A stretch of 64,000 bases of DNA from a virus (Duplodnaviria; Caudoviricetes), in the IMG/VR virus record IMGVR_UViG_3300037067_007090, positions 1 to 64,000 of that record; one strand, 5' to 3'. The notes beneath the pieces were generated by a model. That model was not told the DNA's origin. It was given only the letters and a program-made list of their open reading frames with translations, and did no database searches. Within the stretch, counting starts at the first letter, position 1; every line of letters begins with the position of its first letter. Shown here in pieces: positions 41,743 to 52,874 of this stretch. The translations under genes and the position numbers were made by a program.

Positions 41743-43380
41743 TTACCCCTCCAACTTCTGCTGCGTCGATTGCCCCTTTGCAAAGACGAAGCCGGTCACT
41801 CTAGTAAATTTACCATCGGGTCGGACTTCGATCTTTTCAACTTTCCGCCAATTGGGATATTCTTTTAATGCTTCCTCCACCGATTTTGATTTTCCTCCAA
41901 GTTGTTGAACCAATGCACGCGCTTTTTCAGCGGCGTAGTTCCGGTGATCAAGGCAGATCCAAATCGGATAGGCACGATCCATTCTATCAATAAATTCCAC
42001 TTTCACCGACGGTATTTTTCCCGGTTTGGAGTGTTTGGAAACGTAGGTGTCAACTACATCTATAATGTAGGGTTTTATTTGATCACTCATTACCGGGCCA
42101 GAATACGCGGTAGCACCGTGCCTTGCTTCGGTGTCTTCATCTTTCGGATAAACAAACCCACACCCCGGACAAACAGATAACCGCGCGTGGTGAATGCAGT
42201 GGCAACGCTCGCACTCACGCATAGGCGGTTTTGCTGGTGGTTTCCCAAATATATCTTTTCCATGTATCTTTACTGGATCTATAGAATCAATCGGGCCATG
42301 TTCAATACAATTATTTCCAAAATCGAGCAAAATAGCGTTTGCCTTGTTTGTCGTCGGGGAAGGTCTCATAGAACGGCCCACCATCTGGATGTAGCGCCCC
42401 GTTGATTTTGTACTTGTTAAAAGCGCCACAAGATCAATAGCCGGAACGTCCAATCCTTTTGTGTAGATTCCGACGTTAATCAAACATCTCAATTTACCAT
42501 TTCTATATTTTTCCACAATTTTATTTCTTTCTTCAGACGGTGTATCTCCGGTTACAATCTCGCAATCAATTTTATGCTTTTTTAATTCTTCGGCAACGTG
42601 CTCTGAATGTTTTATACCAGAAGTAAATATCAACCAGCACTTTCTATCCTTACCATATTCCACGATTTCATTAACAGCCTTTTCAACCAATATCTTCGAA
42701 TCTGCTGCATAGGCAAGATCTTTAGAATTATAATCTCCCGCTTGAACGCGCACTCCCTTTAAATCAATTTTCGCCAATCCGCCTTTGCTAATTACATTTA
42801 CCAAATATCCTTCTTTAATCAATCTCTTCATATCACAGACATACACAATATCTTCAAATAAAGCATCGTCTCCTTCGTTTAACATTCCGTCGGAAAGCCT
42901 AAATGGTGTTGCGGTTAGACCAACGACCACAAAATGCGGTGATGATACCCGAAGTTGTGTAAAAAATTTCTGGAATCTTGTTGTGGATTTGGGTGAAACT
43001 AAATGAGCTTCGTCAATTATGACAACATCCACACGACCGAAATCATATGCTTTATTATACATACTCTGAATGCCACAGCAAATCACGGTTGGCTTAACAC
43101 TTTTCTCACGTAACCCCGCACTGTAAATTCCAATGTTGCATTCTGGGTAGTGGTTTTTTATAGATTTGTAATCCTGCGAAATTAATTCTCTGGTGTCGGT
43201 AATAACCAATATTTTAATGTCGGAACTATCCAAACATAATCGTTTAATCATCTCTGCCAAAATAATGCTTTTCCCAGAACCCGTTGGGGAGACGATCAGA
43301 GCGTTTCTACCGTTTCCACTTTCCCAGTAGTTCCAGACTGCTTGGACAGCCTCGTTTTGATAATCCCGAAGAATTGCCAT
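41743..43380 (-). CDS. superfamily 2 DEAD/DEAH helicase (RadD/YejH-like) with C-terminal Zn finger
   Basis: LRDYQ, SPTGSGKS, DEAH, LTATP, YIQMVGR, CERC...CPGC. Confidence 0.9.
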   Translation of the reverse strand: MAILRDYQNEAVQAVWNYWESGNGRNALIVSPTGSGKSIILAEMIKRLCLDSSDIKILVITDTRELISQDYKSIKNHYPECNIGIYSAGLREKSVKPTVICCGIQSMYNKAYDFGRVDVVIIDEAHLVSPKSTTRFQKFFTQLRVSSPHFVVVGLTATPFRLSDGMLNEGDDALFEDIVYVCDMKRLIKEGYLVNVISKGGLAKIDLKGVRVQAGDYNSKDLAYAADSKILVEKAVNEIVEYGKDRKCWLIFTSGIKHSEHVAEELKKHKIDCEIVTGDTPSEERNKIVEKYRNGKLRCLINVGIYTKGLDVPAIDLVALLTSTKSTGRYIQMVGRSMRPSPTTNKANAILLDFGNNCIEHGPIDSIDPVKIHGKDIFGKPPAKPPMRECERCHCIHHARLSVCPGCGFVYPKDEDTEARHGATAYSGPVMSDQIKPYIIDVVDTYVSKHSKPGKIPSVKVEFIDRMDRAYPIWICLDHRNYAAEKARALVQQLGGKSKSVEEALKEYPNWRKVEKIEVRPDGKFTRVTGFVFAKGQSTQQKLEG

Positions 43381-43381
43381 T

Positions 43382-44263
43382 TTACCACCCCCACATATCA
43401 TGATATGCTTTATGAGAATTCTTCAACATGGTGATTCCATTATTTATATCCCATAATTCTTCGCATGATTCTGCTTCTTCCAAAGTCGTTATATTATATT
43501 TTTCTATTATTGTATGGAAAGGTATTATATGGTGTGCTTGAATAGGGTTTTTGCGTGTTCCTTTGCATCCGCTGAACCAATCTCGGTAATTATCTCTGGC
43601 AAATATAGAAAGAATCCATTTTCTCATTTTTGTGCAATGTCTAATTTGATTATTTAATGATGTGACACCATCCTTCCATTGATATGCATTTTCACCACGT
43701 CTTATATATCTTAAATTTAAACATTTATCCTCTGACCATTTTTTCCCGATTCGAAATTTGCGACTGCATTCATCAGAACAAAATTTCCCCCTTTCGTGAT
43801 CAACTTTGTATTGTGTGGTTTCAAATTCTTTCCCACATTGCTGACAAACACGATTTATACGTTTTCTTCTGGCAATCGATTTACATCCAACCGAGCAATA
43901 TTTCCCACCACCCCTAACAATATAAGATGTCCACACTTCAAATTCTTTTCCGAATGTCAAGCATTTACATTTTATTTTACTTCTATTTCCGATATATGCA
44001 CACTCACGAGAACAATATTGCGGGTGTTGATATGGATATTTTACTTCGAATACAATTCCACATTGTTTACAAATACGCAAAACATCACGGATTTTTGATT
44101 CCGTTGGATGTAATATTTTATTTCTTTCCCTCCCATATTCACTTTGGCAATCTTTACACCACATTTGCAATCCATCTTTTCTACTTTTTTCTCTCCTAAA
44201 CTTCGTTAACGGCAATCCCCTCTTACACCGACTACAAACCTTTGTTTTAATTTCTTCTTCCAT
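43382..44263 (-). CDS. HNH endonuclease with N-terminal Zn-finger repeats
   Basis: CSRCK, CKQCG...YCSREC repeats; RDNYRDWFSG...AHH...NGITMLKNSH. Confidence 0.8.
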   Translation of the reverse strand: MEEEIKTKVCSRCKRGLPLTKFRREKSRKDGLQMWCKDCQSEYGRERNKILHPTESKIRDVLRICKQCGIVFEVKYPYQHPQYCSRECAYIGNRSKIKCKCLTFGKEFEVWTSYIVRGGGKYCSVGCKSIARRKRINRVCQQCGKEFETTQYKVDHERGKFCSDECSRKFRIGKKWSEDKCLNLRYIRRGENAYQWKDGVTSLNNQIRHCTKMRKWILSIFARDNYRDWFSGCKGTRKNPIQAHHIIPFHTIIEKYNITTLEEAESCEELWDINNGITMLKNSHKAYHDMWGW

Positions 44264-46256
44264 TTAACGACCCAACCCAATCAAAATCAACCTTCCAACA
44301 AGTTGCCGTGACATGATATTGAAGTCTTGACTTCGGACAATAAAAAACAGATTCGCCGCGCATTAATCTATCAACAGCATCACATCGCGCAACGGAATTC
44401 TCTTCTTTTAAACATTCACATTTTTTGTATTTAGTCATTATAAGTATTATGTTTTAATAGTATTTAATACTATCGTTTGATTCAACATCCTCGCAGATTC
44501 ATTCATCATATTTTGTTGAAACACAAACAACGGATTGTTCGTAACAAGACCACTATACAAGAACCCAACGGGGTCGTGAATAAATTGCGCTCCTAGAACC
44601 ACGATACAGACGATTAAACCGACAATGCAAACGGCAAGAATGCCATATAACAAAATTTCGGGTGCATAGACTGTTATTAATATTAGAATAATTATTAATA
44701 ATAAACCCACTATAAGAAGATCGGTCATTTTAACTTCTCATTATGCACTGAGCATTCACTTAACATTTTAAACGGACATGGTAATCCATAAAAACCACAA
44801 TCTTCATTAGTGCAATCGCCAGTAAAGTTGTATCCACATTCCCACGATTCATCTGTCATACTAGAACTTTCCCAAATTGTGAATTTAAATAATCATATGT
44901 AGCCATCATTGTTGGAACGATTGTTGGTTTAGAAACAACAGAGTTTAAACCGGGATCTAAAATATCCAACCCATAATGTAATGGAGTTCCATTCCCGCAT
45001 TGCTTGTCTTTCATTATAATATATTCATCCAACGAATATCGTATATCATCGGTTCTCCCACTTCCAAAGGTTGGTGAGTCTATTATAAAATCCACACTAT
45101 ATTTATTATGTTGGTAAACGAGGAAATTTTTTATTTGACTCCAATTTCCTTTATATTCTCCCTTCCCATATGCATCATAAATAAACGCATGAAAATCACC
45201 GTTATTTTCACACCAACCGGGTTGATTACCAATCATTATAACATGAGATGATTTTTGATAATAATATCCACATAAAATAATGGCAATTGTGAAAATTATA
45301 ATCATCGCAATTTTTAATTTATTTTCTACCATCACAATCACCTTCACGGAAACGGATTCTCGTACATGGTCTCATTATCAAACTCATTCTCCAACTCCTC
45401 CTTATCAGTTAAAGGGTCAAGAATGGGTTCCTCTTTCTTCTTCACCATCAACTGACGACGCGCGTATTCGTGGGACATTAATCCCCCATATTAAAAAATG
45501 ATGCAAGCATTCCTTCAATAATCAAAGTCGCTCCAAAAATGCTCCCCCAGCAAAATAGTTTTATATCAGAATGACCAATGAGCGCGCACCATAATGTTAT
45601 TGTTGACAAAATCAAAATGAAAAATCCTATTACAACAACACAATTTATAAATTTGTGATAATCAACTTTTTGTTTGCCGTAAGAATCGTCTGTTGTCACA
45701 ATTACCCTTCCACTTCTTCATTACCCACGATTTCCTTCAACTCTTTATATACTTCAAAAATTTTCCTTGCTGTAGGGAAAGGAATGTTTGTTCCTTCCAT
45801 CGCTTCAATCGTTGCCATTAAATGGCGAATTTTTAAATTTTCATCTTTTGTTATACTCATTCATACTCCCCCTCATACGTCGCTTCAAACTCATCGCCCT
45901 TTATTTTCACCGTTGCAACACGACCATCTGGTAATTTTACTTTGAGTGTGTCTGCATTAACACCGATAATTATTCCGTCATAAAGTTGTGTCGGGCATAA
46001 TGGGAAGGTTATCATATGTATGTATAGAACGCGTTAGTATTTAATGGTTGTTGTTTATTTTTCCACACTCACTACACAACTTCCCACAATACCAACATCG
46101 TGCCGGCACAAGAAACGGCGGGGTTAATGAAACGTCGCATGTTGGGTTGTTGCAACAATCTGTGTTTGGGTGTTTTATGGATGTTGTTTTGATGCACATA
46201 ATAATACCATTGTTTCAAAAGTATTTATAACTTTGTAGAATAGAAAAGTTTAAATA

Positions 46257-47228
46257 TCAGATATTTTTCTTATTAATAACCTTTTCCAAATCCACGCTCA
46301 ATACATTCCCAGCGCCATTTATAATACCCCCTTCGTATTCGATAGTGCCCTTTTCCGGGTCTGCACCAATTAACCGAAGCGGCACAAGTTCCGGAATAAA
46401 AATGTGTCCCACACAACCCTGCTTCTGTTCAAACTCACTAATCACCCTTTTCTCAAAACGTCCACACGTCCACGTGCCGTCTACTTCGGGGGTAGAGAAA
46501 GCGCAGGTGCGGCAACTCACAAGGGGGAGTCCGCCGTGCCAGCATAAATCCGCGTGGTCGCAGAATTTACAGCAGAACGATGTTTCTTTGTCTCCCAACT
46601 TCTCCAATGGTATCGACGAATATACCACGCGCTTTGCCTTATCTGCCTGTCTTTCTGCAAAATCTTTATCGTAGTATATTCGTTCAGAAAAAATTTCGTC
46701 TGTATCTTTATTTACAACGAAAAAGAAGGCTCTTGTTAACTTAAACCACCTCATATAATCTTGGACTTGAGCGTAATAGAGTGGCTTGATCTTCTGAACC
46801 CCTTGCTTTTTTATGAGATTAAAATATTTGTTGGAAGCACTTTTAATTTCTAAAATATGCCACTCTTTTGACTCTTCAAACCCTTGAGCGATACCATCTA
46901 CACTCCCACTGTGGTGTGGGCAATCCTCGTCAAAACAAGATAATTGTTTTCCGGAAGATGGATCACGGTCGTATACGCAGACGCCAATATTTCTCAAATC
47001 ATTTATAATACGTTCTTCTTCGATTTTCCCCGTGGCAAAAAGCCTCTGCATTCTACCAATGAAATTGGGAGAAGAGCAGTGTCTAAATGAATACCATAAC
47101 TTTCTTTGACAGTCCTCACCGATCAAAGAGGCTCCGAGATGCGGTCTTCGCCATTCAATATTTTTATCCACATAATATTTATAAATTTTATCAACCGTTG
47201 GTTGATGTTGGATTGGTAGTTCGGCCAT
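46257..47228 (-). CDS. Cas4/YqaJ-like PD-(D/E)XK exonuclease
   Basis: HLGASLIG.DC, GSVDG, LEIKS, YAQVQ, C-terminal CKFC...C. Confidence 0.85.
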   Translation of the reverse strand: MAELPIQHQPTVDKIYKYYVDKNIEWRRPHLGASLIGEDCQRKLWYSFRHCSSPNFIGRMQRLFATGKIEEERIINDLRNIGVCVYDRDPSSGKQLSCFDEDCPHHSGSVDGIAQGFEESKEWHILEIKSASNKYFNLIKKQGVQKIKPLYYAQVQDYMRWFKLTRAFFFVVNKDTDEIFSERIYYDKDFAERQADKAKRVVYSSIPLEKLGDKETSFCCKFCDHADLCWHGGLPLVSCRTCAFSTPEVDGTWTCGRFEKRVISEFEQKQGCVGHIFIPELVPLRLIGADPEKGTIEYEGGIINGAGNVLSVDLEKVINKKNI

Positions 47229-47544
47229 TTTACGTCACCTTAAAAAATATTGAGAATGTTATGTTTGGAGGAGTAATTGGCGGCATCGCTAACAACACAA
47301 TATTAATCATATACACGGCGGAAGTAAGAATCCCTATACAACATAACACTACCCCAAATAACAAAAATATAATATCTTTAGAATCAAAAATTTTCCACGA
47401 AATCAAAATACAAATTATACCTATTACACCCAATATTAAACCAATTAATATTGGGCGGGGTATCATCGACAACGGAATAACAATTTCAATCATTTAAAAC
47501 TCCTAAACACCTCTCCACGGAACGAACCGAAAAAAGAGGTTAAT

Positions 47545-48048
47545 TTATTTCCTTTCCCACGGCTTCTTTGCCTTAGCCCCGCCAGTACCACCAACAACCG
47601 GCGCAGCACCCTTTACCGGCGCAGTCGCATCCGTAATGTCCTTAAGTTCTTTTCCATCGGTGCGGGAATAACCTTTAATCACATTTCGATCTTCAAACCC
47701 GTTTGAACCGGCGCGAATGCCCACGCTGATTACCAGCGGCTTTCCATGAAGTTCCGCGCTGTCCTTCGGATGTAAAACACCAGTTGCACGACAAACAGCG
47801 GAAAGCGCGCGCTGTGCTATTTCAACAGTCTGTGTATTCGTGTTAACAAGATTGAGTGTGTCGAAAATTTTCCGTCCCTTGAAGTCTCCTTCTGCTACCT
47901 CATAGGTCAGCAACAGATACTTTCCGTCGCCTTTCTTGGTATCTTTCATTTCGCTATCAACAATAATTGCCAAATAATCGTCTACGGGGATTGGGGTGAA
48001 TTTTCCCATCGGATCTACGACGTTGCTATCAAAGTTTAATTCAGTCAT
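47545..48048 (-). CDS. DUF669 phage single-stranded DNA-binding protein
   Basis: FTPIPVDDY, GKYL.L.YEV..G.FKGRKIF, ELHGKP, C-terminal KPWE. Confidence 0.8.
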   Translation of the reverse strand: MTELNFDSNVVDPMGKFTPIPVDDYLAIIVDSEMKDTKKGDGKYLLLTYEVAEGDFKGRKIFDTLNLVNTNTQTVEIAQRALSAVCRATGVLHPKDSAELHGKPLVISVGIRAGSNGFEDRNVIKGYSRTDGKELKDITDATAPVKGAAPVVGGTGGAKAKKPWERK

Positions 48049-48269
48049 TTTATATCAGTCTCCTTTTATTTCTGTTATTTCATCATATCCGCAATACTCG
48101 TCATCTGCATATGATATAGCATCTTCCAAACTATCAAATTCATCATATATCGTTTGTTCCGGTATATGAATCACAAATTTCTTTTTCTTCGGATATTCCT
48201 TTTTGGGAGGATGCAACTCTGGATATTCCTTTTCCATGTGTTTTTCTACATCTTCCTTAAATCCCACGA

Positions 48270-49055
48270 TCATTCCTCTTTCTTTACACTTCCACCCGGA
48301 ATATACTTCTCAAATTCCGTGTAATCCAGTGGCATTTCATCGGGCATATTACGGTAACGTTTCTTTGCTACATAGCCTGCTGTTGGAGCAACATGCAAGA
48401 CGCGCTGTCCTGTTGACACGGCAATATTTCTGGTCTTGTCAAAACCTGCTTTTTCACTACGAGTCAGAGTTGTGAGCGAACAGAACCCCACCACGTCGCC
48501 CCATTCAACAATTTTAGCAGCCGCAAGTTTCTGGAGTTTGAGCGTGTTCTTGTCGTATGCGGAACACAGGGGATCTTCAATCTTGACCACGGCAGAATGC
48601 GCAACCAGAATAACCATCATTCCCTTTGTATCGCGCAGATATGTCAAGGCATCAAGAAAATCCTGCCACTCAGTCATGCATTCAACATAACCGCGCCCGT
48701 AACCCGGGTCTTCGATAGACTTTGCGTTGAGACGTTTGCACGTAGCCTTCCATACAAGGGGTTGGAACCAATCGAGCGTATCTATAACCACGGTCTTGTA
48801 ATCATGATCGGTCGTGGCAAGGATCTGAATACAATCCATCACCTCTTCATAGGAACGCGCTGCGCGGGGTTTGCCATTTTCATCCTGTGGGATCGCAGTG
48901 GCGTCAATGTCTCCCAATCCATCTTCAGTAAGAATTAAAATGGAGTCTTTTGCCATAGACCCGAAAGTAGATTTGCCAATTCCTTCAGGTCCATAGATAA
49001 CAACCAATGGGATTTTAGGAGCGTTCTTCTTTGAAATTTTGTTTAAATCAATCAC
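48270..49055 (-). CDS. AAA_24 (Sak4-like) ATPase / annealing recombinase
   Basis: YGPEGIGKST, TEDG, VIDTLDW, LVAH, AKKR. Confidence 0.85.
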   Translation of the reverse strand: MIDLNKISKKNAPKIPLVVIYGPEGIGKSTFGSMAKDSILILTEDGLGDIDATAIPQDENGKPRAARSYEEVMDCIQILATTDHDYKTVVIDTLDWFQPLVWKATCKRLNAKSIEDPGYGRGYVECMTEWQDFLDALTYLRDTKGMMVILVAHSAVVKIEDPLCSAYDKNTLKLQKLAAAKIVEWGDVVGFCSLTTLTRSEKAGFDKTRNIAVSTGQRVLHVAPTAGYVAKKRYRNMPDEMPLDYTEFEKYIPGGSVKKEE

Positions 49056-49542
49056 AATAGATCTCCTTTCGTTTTGTTCGTTTGTCGTTTCATGTTACGG
49101 TCGGGGCAGCATATGCCCAAATCGCGTATCTATGTAGGACGCGTTAGTATAAATAGTTATGGTTGGAAGATTAAAAACCAAGTCCACCATAACTATTTGA
49201 AACCATAGTTAAATATTGACCAAATTGAAAAACACGTGGAACTAAAAAACCAAACACAAAAATAAGTAAAAACGTGGTAATCAAAATAGTTATAATGTCG
49301 GTCTTACTAAAAACATCTGCAAATGTTACCGTTTCCTTTTCTTCTTTAATCATATTTTATTATCCACAATTTTTTGAATGCTCGGGAAATCTGATAATTT
49401 GATGGATTCTGTGAATCTTATATTAATCCCAGTAATTTGATCATCTTGAGAATTTACCACAAGAGAACTTCTTAATTCTCTAACCGACGCAAATTTTATT
49501 ACAAGATTAATTGTATCTTTTGTATCTCCATTCATAATTAAT

Positions 49543-49911
49543 TCAGCCCACCGGATAACCTGCGTTCACGCATTCTGATAGCCACGCGGGGCGATTGCCA
49601 ATATTATTGTTATCAAATGGCACGTAGCACGTCTCAACCCACTGCGCTTTAACCAACTCTTCTAATAAATCATTTTGTTTAGTCAGAGCGTTTAAAACGA
49701 TCTGGTCTTGTGTGGGGCACATTGAGAGGTGGGATCGCCCATCCGTGGAGTTTAAACCAATGTCGGTCCAAGTCCAGCTGTCATTGCTTCCCCCGATATA
49801 CCATTTTTCTGACGAAGCGGGCTGTATTGAATTCTGCACTTTTGATTCATCTCCCATTACAGGAGTAATGCATAGAAGGAGGAGAAGGATTATCAAGAAT
49901 TTTGTTTTCAT
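49543..49911 (-). CDS. secreted hypothetical protein
   Basis: Signal peptide MKTKFLIILLLLLCITPVMG. Confidence 0.5.
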   Translation of the reverse strand: MKTKFLIILLLLLCITPVMGDESKVQNSIQPASSEKWYIGGSNDSWTWTDIGLNSTDGRSHLSMCPTQDQIVLNALTKQNDLLEELVKAQWVETCYVPFDNNNIGNRPAWLSECVNAGYPVG

Positions 49912-49951
49912 AATAGTGTTATACGCGTTTATTGGATATATAGTTTTCATA

Positions 49952-51055
49952 TCATTTCCCCGACTTCGTTCTATTATGGTGCATACAAAGCATCTGACAA
50001 TTATCTTCTACCGATTTTCCACCTTTTACCCACGGAACAATATGATCCGCTTCCATCTCTTCAAACTCATAATGTTTAGAGGGATCACATATAGGGCATA
50101 TACCTTTTTGTCTTTCATATACTTTTGTTGTGATTTTTTCATCAAAGGTTCGTAAGTTTAAAGACGACTGATCTTTTTCTCCACTCAACAGGAATTTATA
50201 AATACCTTTTTTATTTCCCACTTCATCGTCATCCATAAGTTCTTTGATGCGATCTTCCATAATAGAGGGGGTGTATTTAAAATCCTTATATTTATTATAG
50301 AATATACCCCATTCTAACCCTTTCATTTCTTTTCTATAATTTGAAAATATTGCTTTCACCCAATTAATAACCCCTTGGAAATATAACCACATTTCATTGG
50401 CATTAGTATCATGCTGGTGGATTGACATATAGTCTTCTATCCCAATACCGTCTCTTTCAGAAATCCATTTTATAGCGGTTTCCAAATAATCTTGTCTTAT
50501 AGACGAACCCACCAAATATTTACTTGCAATATCGTGAGCAGGGCACATATTTTTTGAAAAATATTTTTTAGCGTCAGAAAGCCACTCTCCCGTATAAGTG
50601 GCATTCCGCAATTCTTGATCAGTGAGTTTGATACCTGCTATATTTATAATTTTAAACCAATCTAACTTCTCCTTATCATTGCCTTGACAAATATAAATCA
50701 TCAATTTATAATTTAATATTTGTTCCTTTTCCACATCTGTGAGATTGTGAAAAAACATACAATCTACTGAAAAATCACCATTAATATATTGGCAAATACT
50801 CACTGTTCTTTGCTGACCATCAAGCAATTCATATGTGCCATTATTATTAACTACCCAATACATAATATTTAATGGGAACCCTTTAACAATTGTTTTAATA
50901 ACTTCGTTTCTTTGATTAACATTATAAACAAATTCTCTTTGAAATGGTGGGCGAATATTTAGTTTACCATTATATCCAAATGCCCCATTTTCAACATCAT
51001 CCACATATCCTTCTGATATTTCTTTAATAGGTATTTCTTTTAGTATTATTTTCAT
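49952..51055 (-). CDS. DUF262 (GmrSD-like) + HNH restriction endonuclease
   Basis: IRPPFQREFVY, LLDGQQRT, NIAG, C-terminal CPIC...EADHI.PW.KGG...NCQMLC. Confidence 0.85.
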   Translation of the reverse strand: MKIILKEIPIKEISEGYVDDVENGAFGYNGKLNIRPPFQREFVYNVNQRNEVIKTIVKGFPLNIMYWVVNNNGTYELLDGQQRTVSICQYINGDFSVDCMFFHNLTDVEKEQILNYKLMIYICQGNDKEKLDWFKIINIAGIKLTDQELRNATYTGEWLSDAKKYFSKNMCPAHDIASKYLVGSSIRQDYLETAIKWISERDGIGIEDYMSIHQHDTNANEMWLYFQGVINWVKAIFSNYRKEMKGLEWGIFYNKYKDFKYTPSIMEDRIKELMDDDEVGNKKGIYKFLLSGEKDQSSLNLRTFDEKITTKVYERQKGICPICDPSKHYEFEEMEADHIVPWVKGGKSVEDNCQMLCMHHNRTKSGK

Positions 51056-51976
51056 CTACTTCACCTTTCTTTTTATAACGATGCGAGCATAAACTTTTTT
51101 TCCATTTATATATGGATACCCATAATTAAATTCATCAATCTTTGTGGTTGTCATACATCCAATAATCTCAAACTGATCTGGGTTATATTTATCAATAAAT
51201 GTAATTGGAACACCGAACTCGCCAAAATAATCTATTGGTATATCTTTAATCTTATTCACATTAATAGCATCATAATTGTCATATTCGGGATACTCTACAT
51301 CATTATATTTTTTATAAAGAATCAATTCTTCGCATCTCTTCTTTATTTCGAGATTTGTAAACCAATAAGTATTACCCATACCACGATATTTAATCCCATT
51401 TTCTTCTCTACATCCATTACTATTTAATTCATAATAATTAGGCACTATATATTCTTTATATCCATTATTATACCCAACCCATATTTTATTCTCTTTAAGC
51501 AGGGGGAAAATTTCTTTATAAGTAATAGCATTCAAACTCCCAATAATCAAAAACCTCTTTTCATATTCCATCAACTGCGCTACATATTCACGGAATAAAG
51601 AAAATGGTGGGTTGGTAACAACAATATCGGATTCTTTCAATAACTCGATACATTGCGGGCTTCTAAAATCACCGTTTTCTTCCAAATTTGTTTCTTTAAA
51701 GTCCACGCCGTCGTATTCTAGTTTATATGTGGGTTTCAATGAATCATAATGTGTCGATATTAATTTCTTCAACCCAAGATATTTAAACTTTAAACAAAAA
51801 TAACCCGTGAAGTTACTTTCTCTCGGATCATCACAATTGCAGAAAACGGTCTTCCCTTTGAAATATTCTTTATAATGTTTTAATTCCTTTTCTATATCGG
51901 ACATTTGTGTGTAAAACTCATCCTGCTTATCTTTCTTTGCTTTGTTAAGTTGGCAGTTCTTTGAAGTTGTAGTCAT
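51056..51976 (-). CDS. adenine-specific DNA methyltransferase, EcoRI-methylase family
   Basis: DEFYT, VFCNCDDP.ESNF, GDFRS, VVTNPPFSLFREY, GVPITF. Confidence 0.88.
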   Translation of the reverse strand: MTTTSKNCQLNKAKKDKQDEFYTQMSDIEKELKHYKEYFKGKTVFCNCDDPRESNFTGYFCLKFKYLGLKKLISTHYDSLKPTYKLEYDGVDFKETNLEENGDFRSPQCIELLKESDIVVTNPPFSLFREYVAQLMEYEKRFLIIGSLNAITYKEIFPLLKENKIWVGYNNGYKEYIVPNYYELNSNGCREENGIKYRGMGNTYWFTNLEIKKRCEELILYKKYNDVEYPEYDNYDAINVNKIKDIPIDYFGEFGVPITFIDKYNPDQFEIIGCMTTTKIDEFNYGYPYINGKKVYARIVIKRKVK

Positions 51977-52019
51977 TTTTAATCACAACACTATATGCGT
52001 CCATCGTAGATATAATTTT

Positions 52020-52601
52020 CTATGTTGCTCCGGATTCACCATGTTCAAAACGCGCAGAACGGGCTTTGTATGCGGCATCTTTAGTTAACACTTCAAATGT
52101 GTCTTGTTTAAAGTATTCCCACTGTTCGTCGTCCGGATGATATAGTGAAACAACATTTGAGTTTGTATCCCATTCAGAAACAAATACAATTCTATCTTCT
52201 CTTCCCGTTCTAACTTGTAATCCCACCCAATCCCCATCTACTCCAAATATACATTCGTCATCATATGAACCACCGCCGCTATCACAAGAGTCCCACCCAT
52301 AAAACCAACCAATATAATTCCAAGGCGATCCACGCATCAACACAATCGCATTGTTTATTTTGCTAGAAAACTCACTATATAAACCACTTCCTTTATCGCT
52401 ATCGGGTTTGATCTCAACAAAAACTTTAATTTCTGGTAACCAAAAATCCGGCAAATACCATTTTCCATTAATATCATAACCTTCGATTTCATATTCCCAT
52501 TTTATACCAAGAACATCAAAGTAGACAGCATATCGGGCTTCTAATCTTGACCTAAAATTGCATCCTTTATACTTGGTTTGTATTGGCTTTATTTCAGTCA
52601 T
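52020..52601 (-). CDS. PD-(D/E)XK nuclease-like phage protein
   Basis: FRSRLEAR, WEYE, YLPDF, VEIKP. Confidence 0.75.
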   Translation of the reverse strand: MTEIKPIQTKYKGCNFRSRLEARYAVYFDVLGIKWEYEIEGYDINGKWYLPDFWLPEIKVFVEIKPDSDKGSGLYSEFSSKINNAIVLMRGSPWNYIGWFYGWDSCDSGGGSYDDECIFGVDGDWVGLQVRTGREDRIVFVSEWDTNSNVVSLYHPDDEQWEYFKQDTFEVLTKDAAYKARSARFEHGESGAT

Positions 52602-52694
52602 GCATATATGTAAGTTCTCATACTATTTATACTTATCTAAACAATTTTTATCAAATGGATACAATTAAATACTAGAAGCACCTACATTGTTTAC

Positions 52695-52874
52695 ATGTTG
52701 ACACTGGAAGAAATTGTTACTATTTTACAAGACCGGAACTTAAGCGAAGTCAGTAGAAGAACAGGACTTGCAATACCAACGGTTTGGAGAATAGCAAATA
52801 ATCAGGCGGGTAATGTTGGATATGAAACAGTGAAACGCCTCTCCGACTACTTAGAAAAGAAACCCGGTGAGTGA
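52695..52874 (+). CDS. Cro/XRE-like HTH regulator (59 aa)
   Basis: Own translation: MLTLEEIVTILQDRNLSEVSRRTGLAIPTVWRIANNQAGNVGYETVKRLSDYLEKKPGE; overlaps the primase start. Confidence 0.7.
   Translation: MLTLEEIVTILQDRNLSEVSRRTGLAIPTVWRIANNQAGNVGYETVKRLSDYLEKKPGE

Noticed and set aside
43382-44263. HNH gene as an intron-encoded ORF within the helicase
   Set aside because: The helicase begins intact at 43380 (MAILRDYQ, Q-motif) and no intron core elements were seen, so the HNH is free-standing.
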